From the NCBI GenBank assembly GCA_043228905.1, contig JBHGNT010000011.1:6200001-6264000 (forward strand): DNA of 64,000 bases. The letters run 5' to 3'. The translations under genes and the position numbers were made by a program. This DNA is from Azolla caroliniana. Taxonomy: Eukaryota; Plantae; Polypodiophyta. Under the pieces are notes generated by a model, which did no database searches, had not been told where the DNA came from, and saw nothing but the letters and a program-made list of their open reading frames with translations. Of this stretch, positions 37,801 through 51,800 are shown in pieces; the first letter of the stretch is position 1; the number at the start of each line of letters is the position of its first letter.

Positions 37801-40394
37801 AATGTTGGAATCGGTCCAAGGGTGGACGAATTTGTCGAAGCGTTTGCGGGGCGGTCCATCTACTCCATTGGTGATCTCTACTCTGGATACGACCAATTCC
37901 AGTTGGCGATCGACAGTCGTGACATTACAACCATGAGGACTCCAATTGGGTTCGTGCGGATGCGTACCTTACCTCAAGGTGCAATGAACTCAGTGGCTCG
38001 TATGGTGAATGCCATGAACAAGGTCTTGAAGGATTGCATCCCGGACATCATGATGCCGTTCTTGGATGATATTCCGATAAAAGGATGTTCGGATGAGGAG
38101 AAAGATGAATCGAAAGATAAGGAAGGGTGTAGAAAATTCGTCGCAGATCATATGAAAGATTGTGAGAAGGTGCTCCAAAGGCTCGAAGATGCGAATTTGA
38201 CATTTTTGGGAGAAAAAAATCCACATTAGGGCAAAACCAGAGATCTTGGTGGTAGGTCACTTGTGCGGAGCATACGGCCGGAAGCCTTCACCATCCAAGA
38301 TGAACACGATCTAGGATATGAAAGAAGAATGTGTAAACCAAACGGAGGTTCAAAGGTTTCTTGGAGCATGCATGTTTTATCATATCTGGATTCCGCACTA
38401 CGCTCATGTTGTCGATCCTTTATATGGATTGCTAAAGAAAAGAATGAAGTTTGAATGGTGAGACGAGCACACAAACGCAATGTGAAGAATGAAGAAACTA
38501 CTTCTTGAAGCTCCAACACTAAGAAAGGCCGACTATACCGAAGGGAAGCCGATTTATGTGAGTGTATATACGAGCCCAACCAGAATTGGGTGGGTCATCA
38601 ACCAAGAAGGAGAAAATAATGCGCGGTATGCCATCCAGTTCGGAGCAAAGGTTCTCAGCAAATGACAACAAAGATACGCCCAAGTCAAGCGAGAACTTTG
38701 GGGTATTGTGTTGATAGTGAAGACGGACAAAGACTACCTGATCGGGTCGGAAGTAATAATTGAGACACATTTTCTCCCAATCCTCGGGATGATCTCAAGA
38801 TGTGCAACACCATATCTAGCTATGCTAAGGTGGATCGACTATATCAAGTCTTTAAACCTAGAGATCCACCATATTGCAGGGAAGAAGAACGTCATGGCTG
38901 ACATGCTGTCGAGGGCAAGATTTGAGAATGAAAGTGACATAATTTCGGAAGATGAAGGCGTCACCCTCGACTTCTTCAAGATGGCTCGACTATCGGCGGA
39001 AGACAAGGACATGCTAACCCTCCACGCCTTCAACGAGGACAAGTACGAAGGAGAGTGGTTACCGATCGGCCGATTCCTAAACACAATGACGGCGGATGCT
39101 TCGTTGACGAAGGAGGAGGCCCTACGAATCCGGAAGAAAGCTTACCAATACTTCTTGAAGGGAGGCTTCCTTTGGCGACACCCATAAAGAAGGACAGGAA
39201 TACCACGTCAAGTGGTGGTGAAGAAAGAAGAGCAAGTGACGTTAATGAACGAATTCCACAAGAGTGCCTGGGCAGGTCATAGAGGAACATGGGCGACGTT
39301 TGAGAAGTTGAAGGATAAGTACTGGTGGCCAAGCATGTACAAAGATGTACTCCATTTTGTGTCCACATGCGAAACATGCCAACTACATTCGAATATACAT
39401 CATCGTGATGAGCTACGACCAACATACCCGCTCACCATACACTTCAAATGGATGGTGGATTTGGTCTAAATGCCAATGGGAGTGGGACAAATGAAGTACT
39501 TAGCTCTGGGAAGAGAAGACTTGACAAATCAAGTGGAAGGACGAGCCTTGACAAATAAGACGACTTCGGCTGTTTGCAAATTTCTACTCGAAGAGGTTGT
39601 CTGCTGATACGGATGTGTGGGAAAGATAGTCGCCGACCGAGGGGAGTTGGAAGCACACAAAGAAACAGAGCTTTTCGAACGACTAGGCGTGAAGCTCTCC
39701 CTCACGACTGCCTACAATCCAGAAGCGAATGGGAAGATCGAGCGAGGGCATGGACCTATCATCAAAGCCATTGTACGAGCATGCAACGGTCGAGTTGGAA
39801 AATTGGCCACGACTATTGCCCTATGCCTTGTGGGCTGACAGAACGACACACAGCTCGGTGACAAGGGATATGCCAACAGAGCTTATGTATGGACAAAAGC
39901 CAGTAATGCCCATCGAAAGGACGACCGCCTCATGGGTAGCAATACCATGGGAGAACGAGATGAGTCGAGAAGAGTTATTAGCGGCATGGATAAGGCAACT
40001 TGAAAGAAAACCTAAAGATCTAGAAAAAGCGCGAAAGATAATGGAGGCATCCCAAGTGAAGAACGAAATTCGGTTCGACAAGACGCATCGACTGCGTCCC
40101 AAGAAGATCGAAGAAGGAGATTGGGTATTGGTCTAAGACAACAACCTTGACAATCAACACAGTACAACAAGAAAGTTCGCAAGAAGATGGTTCGGACCAT
40201 ATGTGGTGACAAGTGCCAACGATAATGCCACATACCACCTTCCGGAGCTAGATGGATCAAGGTTGGCCGTACCCATTGCGGGGAAAAGAGTAAAGATTTT
40301 CAAGAAAAGACAAGACGAGGATCTTGACCTCGATCACCTCAACGATGAAGATAATAGGACGGATATGAATGAGGAAGTGGAAGAATCTAATTGA
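34871..40394 (+). pseudogene. G4 gag-PR and RT-RH-INT, many stops and frameshifts
   Basis: LIDHGSE, DLYSGYDQF, LPQGAMNS, FLDDIP, GHRGTWAT, WMVDLV, NGKIERGH, WFGPY. Confidence 0.9.
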
Positions 40395-40466
40395 TCACCG
40401 TAGCCAAAATCTCGCACTCTCTCTTCTTCGCACGTACTGGAGGACGTGCGGTTTGGTGGGGGTGGA

Positions 40467-41558
40467 TGTCATGAAGATTTTCGGCAACAGTGTGAAAATT
40501 GCATGGAACGTACAAAATCGAGTGTGGTTCTTCACACACAATATGAAACAATAATAATTTTAATAATTTTAATAATTTTAATATCTTTGTACAAAAAGAT
40601 GGAAATCATGAAGAGCTTTTGAATGCACTTTGGTACATAACAAACAGACATCTGAGTGTCAAGTTATGTGGGTATGAAGTTTGCAAAGAAAAAGAGAAAA
40701 ATAAAAAAATTGTGAGATATCCCACATAGACAGGACAAATAAGGATCTCAGCATATATAAGGAAGAGCAAAAGATATTATCTTTGTGTCTATGTGTGGAG
40801 AATAGAAAGGATGAGTTGAATGACTTGACAAATGGATGTAGCCAAGTTCATTGTTGACGGCATCCGGTGACGGATGGTGACAGAACCGATGACCTCGCGA
40901 TGCGGATCGAACTGGGCCAAACCGAATGGATGCAAATCGGACGGATTGGTCGGGTCGGTTATTTGCGGTGCATGGTGTTTTAAAGATATTTGGTCCAAAA
41001 GCCTAATAGTATTTTGTGCTTTAAAAGGGATGTAAGCAAGACTTGAACCTTGAACCTCCAATATAGGAGGCAATAGACTTATCACTAGGCTATGTCATTT
41101 CCTTAGAAATATTTTTCTTATCATTATAGTTTTACATGTAAATTCTCATATTAGAGCTTGATTGAGTGACATGTGATGCATGAGCGCCAAATGGCAAACA
41201 TGCATTCCATACATTGTATGCATGTCTTGTACCCTCACATGCATCATATGCATGGGAGCATCTATAAAAGGGTGGATGAAAAAGATCAAAGGGAGCGAGG
41301 TATTAATTAAGAAATTAAAAGTAAGAAATTCGTTATCTAATTGATGTATCAATCTTGTTCTTTAAATCTAAAGTCAAGAGTTCAATCTTAATCTCTCTCA
41401 ATCTAAAGTCAAGCGTTCTATCTTATCTCAATCTCTCTCTCTCTCAATCTATCTTAAATGCTTTCTTGCTAAAGCTAGTGCGTACTTCGAGTCCTTCCGG
41501 TTTAGAACCCCGGCGGTTCCGCCTCACGATCCGCATATAGTGACGGATCTTCATGACA
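40467..41558 (+). repeat. G4 3' LTR
   Basis: Direct repeat of 33421-34708. Confidence 0.92.
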
Positions 41559-41973
41559 ACGTAGTTAAGCAGCGGAAGGTTATGTGATATGTGTGTGAGA
41601 GGAAGATAGAGGAAGATATAGTTATGAACAATAATGTAAATGGCAGATGATTAACGAGAGTGTATATTAAAAAGCATCATCAAATACAAAAATACCCACA
41701 ATGAGGTATATATACATCTCTTGTGCAAAGGTGCACATGTGTGAGTAGAATATAGGTACAAAGGTGTAAGTCCTATATTAAATGAACATGGGAGTGGAGG
41801 ATATATAAAATACCCACTCAAGTAAAAAATCTTATTTAAGACTTTAAGGTCAACACATTAACTAGATTCTATCTAGGTAACTACTAAGTTACATGTGTTG
41901 AGTAAGTAACTAAATCTAGTTGAGCTTGATATCTCAACAAATATCCTATAATATTACTATTAGAAAGATAGGA

Positions 41974-42090
41974 ATGTAGGCCCTGACGACCCGTTGGCTT
42001 CCAGCCGATCCTTCAGCCAGTTCGGCCTTTCAACCTTTAGCCGATTCGGCTCATGTTGAGCTTGCCAACACTCCCCCTCAAGTTGAACTT
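41974..42090 (-). mobile_element. Small Copia LTR/PPT remnant
   Basis: Minus strand CTTGAGGGGGAG|TGTTGGCAAGCTCAAC resembles the PPT-LTR junctions of Copia A and F. Confidence 0.45.
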
Positions 42091-42322
42091 GAGGTTCCAA
42101 CTGTCTGATCCATGCGATTCTTCATTCCAACTCCTCCTGCTAGTTCGCCTTATGGCACATGCTCCACTACCCGTCTGGTCCAATCGGCATTGGTTCAGCC
42201 AACTAACTGGTCTATTGTGCTAGTCTGATATAGCAACCCATGGTCCCTAGTGTCACTAACATATCTCAATATCCTATGCGTGCACTAAAGATGTTTGATT
42301 GTTGGTTTTGACATGAACCGAC

Positions 42323-45300
42323 TGTTGAGAAACAAGCTCAACAAAGGTATGTGATGCATATTGATAAGTGAGATATTCTATAGTAGCTAACAGGAAATTA
42401 GCTTCTAATGGACATAAAGGTAAAACAACTATTTAGCTATCTACAACTATTTAGCTATGCACAACTAACAAGCTAGTCACAACTAATTAACTGCATATGT
42501 AAGTCACTTATAACTTAGGCAAACAAGTAGGAGAAAGAGTGTAGTTGTAAGAGAAGAAGAAACAGACGAGAGGTTCTCTCTGTGTAATGAAATAGAAGCT
42601 TTTGGTTTTGGTAAAGTGGTAAGTCTCCTTCCCCCTTCCTTTTCTGTCTTGAGCATATTAAACGATCCAGCACATCACGATCCGTTGTGCACAAAGAAGA
42701 GCCGGAGCGCCTTCGTAACATGGTATCAGAGCAGAGTTGCTCGTAAAGAGGAACAATACAAATCTGCAAAGTTTGTTTTTGGTTGTTGATCTGAATCAAA
42801 AAGTTGTTTGTGAAGTTAAACGTAGCAAAAGCCCTAATTTGAAAGAGAGAATGACTGTTGAGAATGGAAGCCAAATAGTCACAGAAAAATTGGACAAAAA
42901 TAATTTCCCTGCGTGGAGATTCAGAATGAAAAATTTCCTAATGGGAAAAGGATACTAGGATTATATTGAAGGAGACCTAGAGGAGGTTCCAGAGATCCCT
43001 AAAGAAAATGCAATTGCTGCATAGTTTAAAGGATTTAAGGAATGGAATCAAGGGGCAAGGAAAGTATTGCATTGGTTGTCACTTAGCATCTAAGATTTGA
43101 TGGTTGGACACATACAGGATGCTATGCTTCCAAAAGAAGCTTGAGACAGTTTGGTAAAACTGTTTGCAGTGAACACAAAGGCCAGAAAGCTTCAGTTGAA
43201 GACTGAGCTAAATACCTTGGAAAAAGGTATGATGTTAGTGAATGAGTATGCCATGAAAATAAAGAGCATATGTGAATCACTTGCTTCTATTAATGTGAAG
43301 GTAGAAGATGATGATAAGGTGGAAATATGCTTAAGCGGCTTAGGACCTCAATATACAAGCTTCAAAACATCTATTCTCACAAGGGATAACATCCCAAGTT
43401 TTCCAGATTTGGTTTCAATGCTTGTAAAACAAATGGATGATGTAAACAAAGGAAACTCTGAGATTGAAGGGCAAGACCTCTACAATAGTGCTGGAAGAGG
43501 CCGAGGAAGAGGCCATGCAAGATTAGGTTCAACTAGAACCAACAACAATTATCAAGGAAGAGGACAACAAGCTGTAAGTGGAAGAAACAACATCAGAGGC
43601 AGGGGGAGCAATTGAGGTAGAGGTAAGCAAACTTATTTGAATGATGATGGCTACTAATATTGTGGAAAACCAGGCCATACGCAGGCTGAATGCTATAAAA
43701 AGCAAAATGATGAAAAAAGAGGGAAGAGACAACAAAATAATTATGCTTCAACTAGTGAAGACTATGATAAAGATGGTGCATTTGTGATGCAACATGAAAC
43801 AACAACAATGGCTGAATGTTCATAGAGATGTAATGAAGATTACATGTGGTATATAGATTCTGGGGCATCTAACCATATGACTGGACATGCAAATTGGTTT
43901 GAAAGTCTAAGAGAACCAGAGATTCCTGGTTATGTACAAACAAGTGATAATACTAACACAATCGAGCATGTTGGAGATATCCCATTGTGGGAGGAAAAAG
44001 AAAAAAGGAAGTATATGTTGAATGTTATGCATGTGCCAAACCTTGCAAAATCTGATTTCTATTGGACAGATAATAGAGCAAGGCATGCAAGTTAAGTTTA
44101 AGCAAAGTGGATGCTTTATAGAGAAATAGGGAAAGCTTATTGCAAAAGGAAAACGTCAAGGAAGAATGTTTGTGTTAGATGTGGATATACCTAAAAATAT
44201 TACAGCCATGTTTGTAGAAGGAATGAGTGTAATCTCAGATGTGGAAATGTGGCATAAAAGAATCGGTCATATGAGTATGCAAACCTTGGAAAATATGTTG
44301 AGGAAAAATGCAGTGGTTGGAATGGGTAAGTTGAAAGATTGTGAGATGAGCAAAATATGTGAAGCATGCCAATATGGAAAGCAAAATAGGTTGCCTTTCC
44401 CTCATGAAAGACATGTAAGCAAAAATTTGTTGGATTTGGTACATACGGATGTATGGGGACCAACAAAAAATGTCTGAATTGGTGGATGCCGATTCTATGT
44501 AACCTTTATTGATGATTGCTCAAGGAAAACATGGGTTTACTTCATGAAAGAAAAAAGTGAAGTACAGTAAACATTCGGTTAAGTGTGCACTTTGAATGCA
44601 AGGTAAAAGTGCGCACTTAATTGAGCTGCACATTTAGGGGTTTTTTAGTAAAAAAATGAAGAATCCCAACTTTTTTTCTGTTGTAATTATGAGAAAGCAT
44701 AGCCCAAACAACCATCGCTCAGACCCTCCTTACTATTGTAATGTCTTAGATATGTACATATTTTCTTTCGTATGTCTGTTTTTTGGTTTCTTTTTTGGTT
44801 TCTATGTTTGTTTTTTGATGTTTATGTCTGTTGTTTGATGTCTATGGAGATTGTGTGAGATGTCTATGTTTGTTTTTTGGTGTCTATGGAGATTGTGCGT
44901 GATGTCTATGTCTGATATGGTATGTGGTCTATGAGAAATGATCCACATACTTGGTTGAGATAGTGTAAACAAATGCCCAAAAGTAGGGATTTGAATTCAC
45001 ATACTGTTAATCGATCAATAACTATTAATCGATTAATAACTTTTCCTCCACATAATAAGCCATTCATCGATTAATCAATTAATAGTTTTTCCTCACATAA
45101 TAAGCCATTAATCGATTAATAGCTTTTCCTCTACATAATATGCCATTAATTGATTAATTGCTTTCCCTTCATGTAATAAGCCATTAATCGATTATTTGAT
45201 TAATAGCTTTTCCTTCATGTAAGTCCACATAATAAGCTATTATTTGACTAATCGATTAATACATTTCCCATAATAGACCCAAGCTTGCACCCTATTTAGT

Positions 45301-47147
45301 TTTATTGAATATGTATCTTGCTACAAAGCAAAGTTTCCATGAAATTAGTTCAAGATTGTATTCTCCATATCTTGCTCAACCTATTTAGTAGACAAATGGC
45401 CTTACATCATTTTGGTATGAAATTGCAAAAGAACTACAAATCTTGTTTTTATTGATCATTTCGTTGTTTTTTGAATGATTGGAGCATAGTTTCAAATTGG
45501 TTTGATATATTTTGTCATAAAACAATGTAAATTTTTTGAACAAGATTTTGACATCTATAAAAAAAATGCACTTAATAGAATGATGCACTTAATTGGGCAC
45601 ACACTTAACCGAATGGTTACTTTTGATTGCTTTCGTAAGTTCAAATGCATGGTAGAAAAGCAAGCTGGGACTAGAATAAAGTGTTTAAGATCTGATGGAG
45701 GAGAATACTTCTCAAATGAAATTTTTGATTTTCTATGTAATCAAGGAATAAGGAGAGAGTTTACATGTAGATATACCCCACAACAAAATGGAGTTGCTGA
45801 GAGAAAAAACAGAACTCTGGGGAACATAGCAAGAGCCATGAGAAGATCAAAAACTGAGAAGATCAGATAGAGAGAAAAAGAATGTTGAAAGATTTGGTTA
45901 TGATACATACATGGCTATGCATTATGCATACATTTCTAAAGTGGTACAAATCCTACATCCAAATAATTTTGATGAAGCAAAATCTGATAAGAAATGGGTG
46001 AATGCAATGCAAGAAGAAATAGATGCATTGGCTGAAGACAAAACGTGGGATTTGGTAAAGTTACCGAAAGGAAAAAATGTGGTAGGTTGCAAATGGGTCT
46101 ACAAAACAAAACATGATTCAAATGGAAATGTTAGTAGAAATAAATCAAGACTTGTTGCAAAGGGATATGACCAGATGCAAGGAATTGATTATGATGAAAC
46201 ATTTGCACCGGTTGCAAAGATGGCAACATTGAGGACACTACTTGCTGTAAGTGCAGCCAAAAGATGGGTTTTGCACCATATGGATGTAAAAAATGCTTTT
46301 TTACATGGTAACTTAGAAGAAGAAGTGTGTATGTGTCAATCACTAGGTTTTGAAGATAAGAAGCATCCAGAATATGTTTGTAAGCTGAAAAAGACTCTTT
46401 ATGGATTGAAACAAGCACCGAGAGCATGTCATAAAGAACTTTCAGAATCTCTGAAAAAAATTGCCTTCAAAATGTCAAAAGCTGATCCATCATTGTATGT
46501 AAAGAAGATGAATGATTGCATTGTTGTTATCTTGATTTATGTTGATGATTTAATCATCGGAGGTGATTCCATGGATGAAATAAACAAGTTGAAGAAAAAT
46601 CTGGAAATGCAATTTTATATGAAGGATTTGGGAGAGTTGAGATACAATCTTGGTATTGAAATTATCAGATCTGAAAGTGGTATGTATATGTTGCAAAAAC
46701 AGTATGCAACAACTATGTTGAAGAAGTATGGTATGCTTGGATGCAAACCTATTGATGTACCACTGGATAAGAATTGCAAATTGAGGGCTGATTTGGGAGC
46801 CAAAATAGAAGATGTAAACATGTATAGGTCTATGGTGGGCAGCCTCATATATTTGACCATAAGAAGACCTGATTTGAGTTATGTTGTTGGATTAGTCAGC
46901 CAGTTTATGCAACAGCCAACAAAGGCACATTCGGACTACATTAGAAGAATCTTGAGGTATGTAAAAGCTACTCAGAACTATGGACTGTTTTACAAGACTG
47001 ATCTGGACATAAAGCTGGAAGGGTATACATATGCTAATTGGGCTAGAAGCCAAACTGATAGAACATCCAGAAGTGGATATATGTTTACATTGGAAGTGCA
47101 TCTATTTCATGGAGTAGCAAGAAACAAGCTATTGTTGCATTATCAAG
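42323..47147 (+). mobile_element. Copia E (AT-rich, degenerate), interrupted in RNase H by Copia F
   Basis: 5' LTR 42323-42720 (TGTTG..TAACA), PBS TGGTATCAGAGC at 42721, WYIDSGASNHM, WHKRIGH, RSDGGEY, RT 45911-47152 (IYVDDL), breaks at IVALSS. Confidence 0.9.
44565..45621. mobile_element. Non-autonomous Tc1/mariner (pogo-like) element in Copia E integrase
   Basis: TIRs CAGTAAACATTCGGTTAAGTGTG and CACACTTAACCGAATGGTTACT; inserted after TA in KEKSEV|FDCF; right end has lost G and TA; internal tandem ATTAATCGATTAAT repeats ~45005-45270. Confidence 0.8.
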
Positions 47148-47898
47148 TGTAAGGATTCAATGGTGATTCTTGTGTAGCGGAATAGATGTGCGTTATGTGC
47201 GTATATGGGTGAGAGAAATTAGAGGAGAGATGAATAAATGAAGGAAAATAGAATACTCAAGAAGAAGGTGTATATTTCACAAGTAGAATAAGAATGACAA
47301 AACGTAGCATAACAAGGAGTCACAACCAACTTAGTATGAAGTATGAGGAGGGTGCTTTATATAGAGTCACCCTCTCTCTTCATTAACTAACTACAACAAC
47401 CACTCTCTCTGTTGGGGAATGTGAAGCCTCATAGTCATGGGGAATATATAACTCATTAGTTATGTGTCATAGAATCATATTCTATGACACATAGTTAATG
47501 TGTAGAGTGTAGTGGTGTGACTCTTGACCTTTGAGTAATCATAGATTCTCAAGAGGTGTGTTCACACGTTGCACTATGTTGAGCTTGATTCTCAACATGC
47601 CCCCTCAAGCTCAACTCGGGTCGGTTCCTTTTGATTAATGTCCGCTTCAGCTGGTTTCCGGTTCGGACGATCTTTGATGTCCGCTTCGGCTCGTACCCAA
47701 TTCGGATGGTATCCAGTTCTTGCTTGTACTCCCCCTCAAGCTTGGCAAGTTAGAGATCGTCCATCCGAGGTCTGACATGAATTGCTGAAGCTTGTCAGCT
47801 CCTAGGGCCTTGGTGAAGATGTCGGCTGTCTGAAGATTTGTGTTGATGTGTTGAAGATTGACATCTCTGGCCTGTACGTGCTCTCGAATGAAGTGATA
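47148..47898 (-). mobile_element. Copia F 3' end (3' LTR 47148-47597, PPT, RNase H C-terminus), interrupted by Sola2
   Basis: TGAGGGGGCA|TGTTGAG...TTACA; translation YHFIREHV..TADIFTKAL. Confidence 0.87.
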
Positions 47899-48876
47899 GG
47901 GGTCGAAGCATGCTATGGTGTACCAAAAAAGTATTGTTTTTGGCCAAGAAAAACACGAGTACTTTCAATACTGTTAGTACTAAGTAATTATAAAAAATAT
48001 TTTTAAAAAATCAAAAAATTTGATAATGTTTTTAGGGAGTGGGGTGGGGGTAGTACACATTGCATTTAATGGGGGGAAACAGTTGTGAGGTATTACGGAG
48101 GCAGGACTGATTTGGGGGCTATTTCCCCCTCACTTTTAATTTAACACACCACATTAATTGAATGTGGCGCTTCTAACCATTTTGGCGCATCCCCTTCCTC
48201 CTTCCAACAGAGCCCATCTCTGTTTGTCGTTCTCTGCATCTCAGGTATTCACAACACACGAATGTCCCCAAGATTTGGGGTCTTGTCATTCCTTATCTAC
48301 GAATCAAACCTATGTAGAAATGATCAAGCATTCTTTGTGTCACACATCTGAGCCATCTTCGCCTTTCGTCGATATGTCTTCTCCTTCCCTTGGTATGTCT
48401 TCTTCTTCCCTCGGTATGTCGTCTCCTTCCCTCGGTATGTCTTTAGAACTATTTTTTCAGAACTGTTTTTTAAGCATTGGTTATTTTAGAACTGTTTTTT
48501 AAGGTTTAATATTTATTGATTATCCTTTGAAATGGAAACTTTAAGATTTATTTATGTTGAAAAGATTATGTCTTCATCATCATCATGATTATTATTGTCA
48601 ATTTCTCGATCTTAATAGAATGATAATCTTCTGCCAATGATGTTAGGCACTTGTGGATAACACCTGAAACTTGACTTTTATATTAGTTTGTTGGTATGGT
48701 TGTCTTTCTTAGTATTGTATTGTTTTGTTAAAGGAATATATGTGTGTGGTATTATCGTACATGTTTATTCGAAAATTGGTTGATGTGGTTTGCAATTGGC
48801 ATATTAAGTACGTTTATTCTACGATGTATTAAGCATTTATTTTGATTAATTATGTATTGAAATAACAAGAAATTAG

Positions 48877-51800
48877 GTGTTGGAATACATGAGAGTGGCA
48901 ATGGTAGATGTCCAGGAGAATGAGTTGTCATGTAGCAATTCTATGTCTGAGAGGAGCAAGAGACGGGTGGTTCTTCACATAGTTCGTTATTTACTAGAAG
49001 TAATTGAGAGATTTACCAAGGAAGATTGTAGGGATATTATTTCTAGAGTGTTACACCATCAACTTTTGAATGAGTGCATGGAAAATATTAAGATTAGGGA
49101 CCAATGTGTTTCAGAGGAGATTGTAGAGTCTATGAAGTCATCGCTACACTTAGTGAAAGGGGTAGAGAGCATAGATAAGCTTGGTGCAAAAAGAGCAGCC
49201 CTTCACATGGTTGTAAATGGTACAACCAAAAAAAACTATAGTGATACTAAAGTTGCCTTAGCCCTTGGTATTCAAAGAAGAAACTTGAGGAAGCATTGGA
49301 CAAATATGCAGTCAAATCAATTTAAGTGGTTGGGGTTAGGCCGTAGACGACGATGTGATGCCTTGTCTCAAGAGATTGTCGACAAAGTGGATTCCTTTTG
49401 GAAAAAAAACACTCGTGTCTCACCGAATAAAAAAGATGTATGTAGACAACGTATAAGTCGGGGTAGGTACCAGATTCACCCAAGACACTTCTTGGAGATG
49501 ATTGAGGTAATTCTTTTGTTTTTATCTATTTGTTTCTAAATATTTTTTTGTACTAAAGGATTCTATTAACATTTGTTATTTATTGAGTGATGTAGGCGGA
49601 ATTGTTCATGAACTTCAAAGACCAACATCCTAACATCAATCTTGGATTTTGCAAGTTCCAAGGTTTGAAACCGTTTTTTGTTAAAAAGTTAAAAGAGAGG
49701 AACACATGTTGTTGTGTGTACCACATTAAAATGGACATGTTAAGGCTTGGCCTGAACTGTATGCATACTGATTCTAAGGGTATACACGAGGATGGGTGTG
49801 TTTGCACTTGTGAGGTATGTAGACCAAATGGGAGTGATAATAGATGTAATGCACGAAACATGATTTACGCATTGGTTTCTAAGATATGGAGGTCTTTTGT
49901 TTGTGAAAAACAACCATCATCTGAGTGGCATAATCGTACATGTCTTCTAAGAACATGTAAAGTTTGCCCACAACCACCATTTTGTAGACAAGAGCTTGAT
50001 GTAGATAGCTGTCATATTGTGAAATGGAAATATTTAGAGTATGTGACAGAAAATATAGGTAAGGGTCTTGTTAGTAAGCGTATCAAGGAAGTATATAAGG
50101 AGACATGTGTTGCAACCCTTATCTCGGAGTTTAAGAACCAACTCGAGGAGTTCATTCCACATAACTTTAGGAGTTATTGGCAAAATTCACAGTTCAAGGA
50201 ATGTATAAATAACTTACCACCAGATGTTATAGTATCCGTTATTGACTTTGCAGAGAACTATACGTTTAAAGTTCAAAATGAGGTTCAATCAATGCATTGG
50301 TATAATGACCAATGTATAATACTTGTACATATTTGCTACTGGAGAAAAGACGGTGGGTTACATAAGAAATCAATATTCTACATTTCAGATGATAAAAAGC
50401 ACGATACGCTATTTGTTCAACATTGTTTTAAGCTTCACCATGCAGATTTATTGTCCTTGGATGTTAACTTTAATCAGCATTGGGTTTGGTCTGATGGTGC
50501 TGCCTCGCAATTTAAGGCAGCCCGGTCCTTCTACTTCATTGCAAGGTGAGGAAATAATCCATATGTTTGGTACTTATAAATGGAAGTCTATTTTGGTAAT
50601 ACTCCATAGTACTTAGAAATGTTTGTATAAAATACTGAATGACATGCACCTAGATTCACTAGTACTGATTATGGTAATAACAATGTTAAGTAAACTTAAC
50701 TTACAGGTTAGACTAGAAAGGTGCACATGTACAAGTACTAAATTATAACAATGTTAAGTAAACTTAACTTACAAGTTAGACCAGAAAGGTGCAAATGTAC
50801 AAGATTGCCCCCTCTCAATAATGTTTGTACTAATGAGTAACTTAGCTATAATCAACTTTGTTCGTTAGTACTAATTTATAACTTAGGATTGTTCTCTCTC
50901 ATTAATACTAATTATTAACTTAGTACTATCCAACCATGTTCATCAGTACTATCCATTAACTTACTACTGTCCAACTTTGTTCATTAAGACCAACTTATAA
51001 CTTAGGACTGTCCACTACCATGCATTAGTACTAATTAATCACTTAGAACTGTCCAACTTTGTTCATTAAGACCAACTTATAACTTAGGATTGTCCGTTGT
51101 CATGCACTAGTACTAAATTATAACTTAGGATTGCCCCCTCTCAGTAATGTTTGTACCAATTCATAACTTAGCTATATTCAACTTTGTTCGTTAGTACTAA
51201 TTTATAACTTAGGATTGTTCTCTCTCATTAATACTAATTATTAACTTAGTACTATCCAACCATGTTCATTAGTACTATCCATTAACTTAGTATTGTCCTA
51301 CTTTGTTCATTAAGACCAACTTAGTACTATGGATTGTCCGTTGTCATGCATTAGTACTAATTACAAACTTAGAACTGTCCAACTTTGTTCATTAAGATAA
51401 ACTTATAACTTAGGACTGTCCTTTGTCATGCATTAGTACTAATTAATAACTTAGTACTCTCCAACTCTGTACATTATGACCAACTTATAACTTATGGTTG
51501 TTCTCTCTCATGCATTAGTATTGATTAGTAACTTACCACTCCCCTCTCTCGTTTGTTAGTACTAATTTCCAACTTAGTACTATCCTTTCTCGTGCATTAG
51601 TACTAATTAATAACTTACCACTTCCCTCTCTCGTTTGTTAGTTTTAATTTCCAACTTAGTATTATCCTCTCTGGTGCATTAGTACTAGTCAATAACTTAG
51701 TGCTATCCTCTCTTGTTCATTTGTATTAATTTAAATATTAGTATTGTTCACTCATGTATAAGTAATAATTATGGTTTAAGTCATGCAATTAATTATGTTT

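Larger units (their letters stand above)
33421..41558 (+). mobile_element. G4: full-length, degenerate tRNA-Trp-primed Ty3/Gypsy inserted in the Copia A 5' LTR
   Basis: LTRs 33421-34708 and 40467-41558 (TG..CA); PBS TGGTGAACCCAACGTGAA at 34717; PPT GGTGGGGGTGGA; flanks GCGT and ACGT. Confidence 0.92.
26161..41939 (-). mobile_element. Copia A, degenerate, hosting G3 and G4; RT and RNase H deleted
   Basis: 3' LTR remnant ~26161-26296 matches ~41810-41939; PPT TTGAGGGGGCG at 26297; PBS TGGTAATAGAGC at 33357-33368; 5' LTR 33369-33420 plus 41559-41939; tentative TSD AATAT. Confidence 0.85.

Noticed and set aside
45005-45270. Repeat arrays (also 50580-51760 and 59885-60035) as CRISPR
   Set aside because: Degenerate tandem units without unique spacers, no cas genes, eukaryotic TE context.
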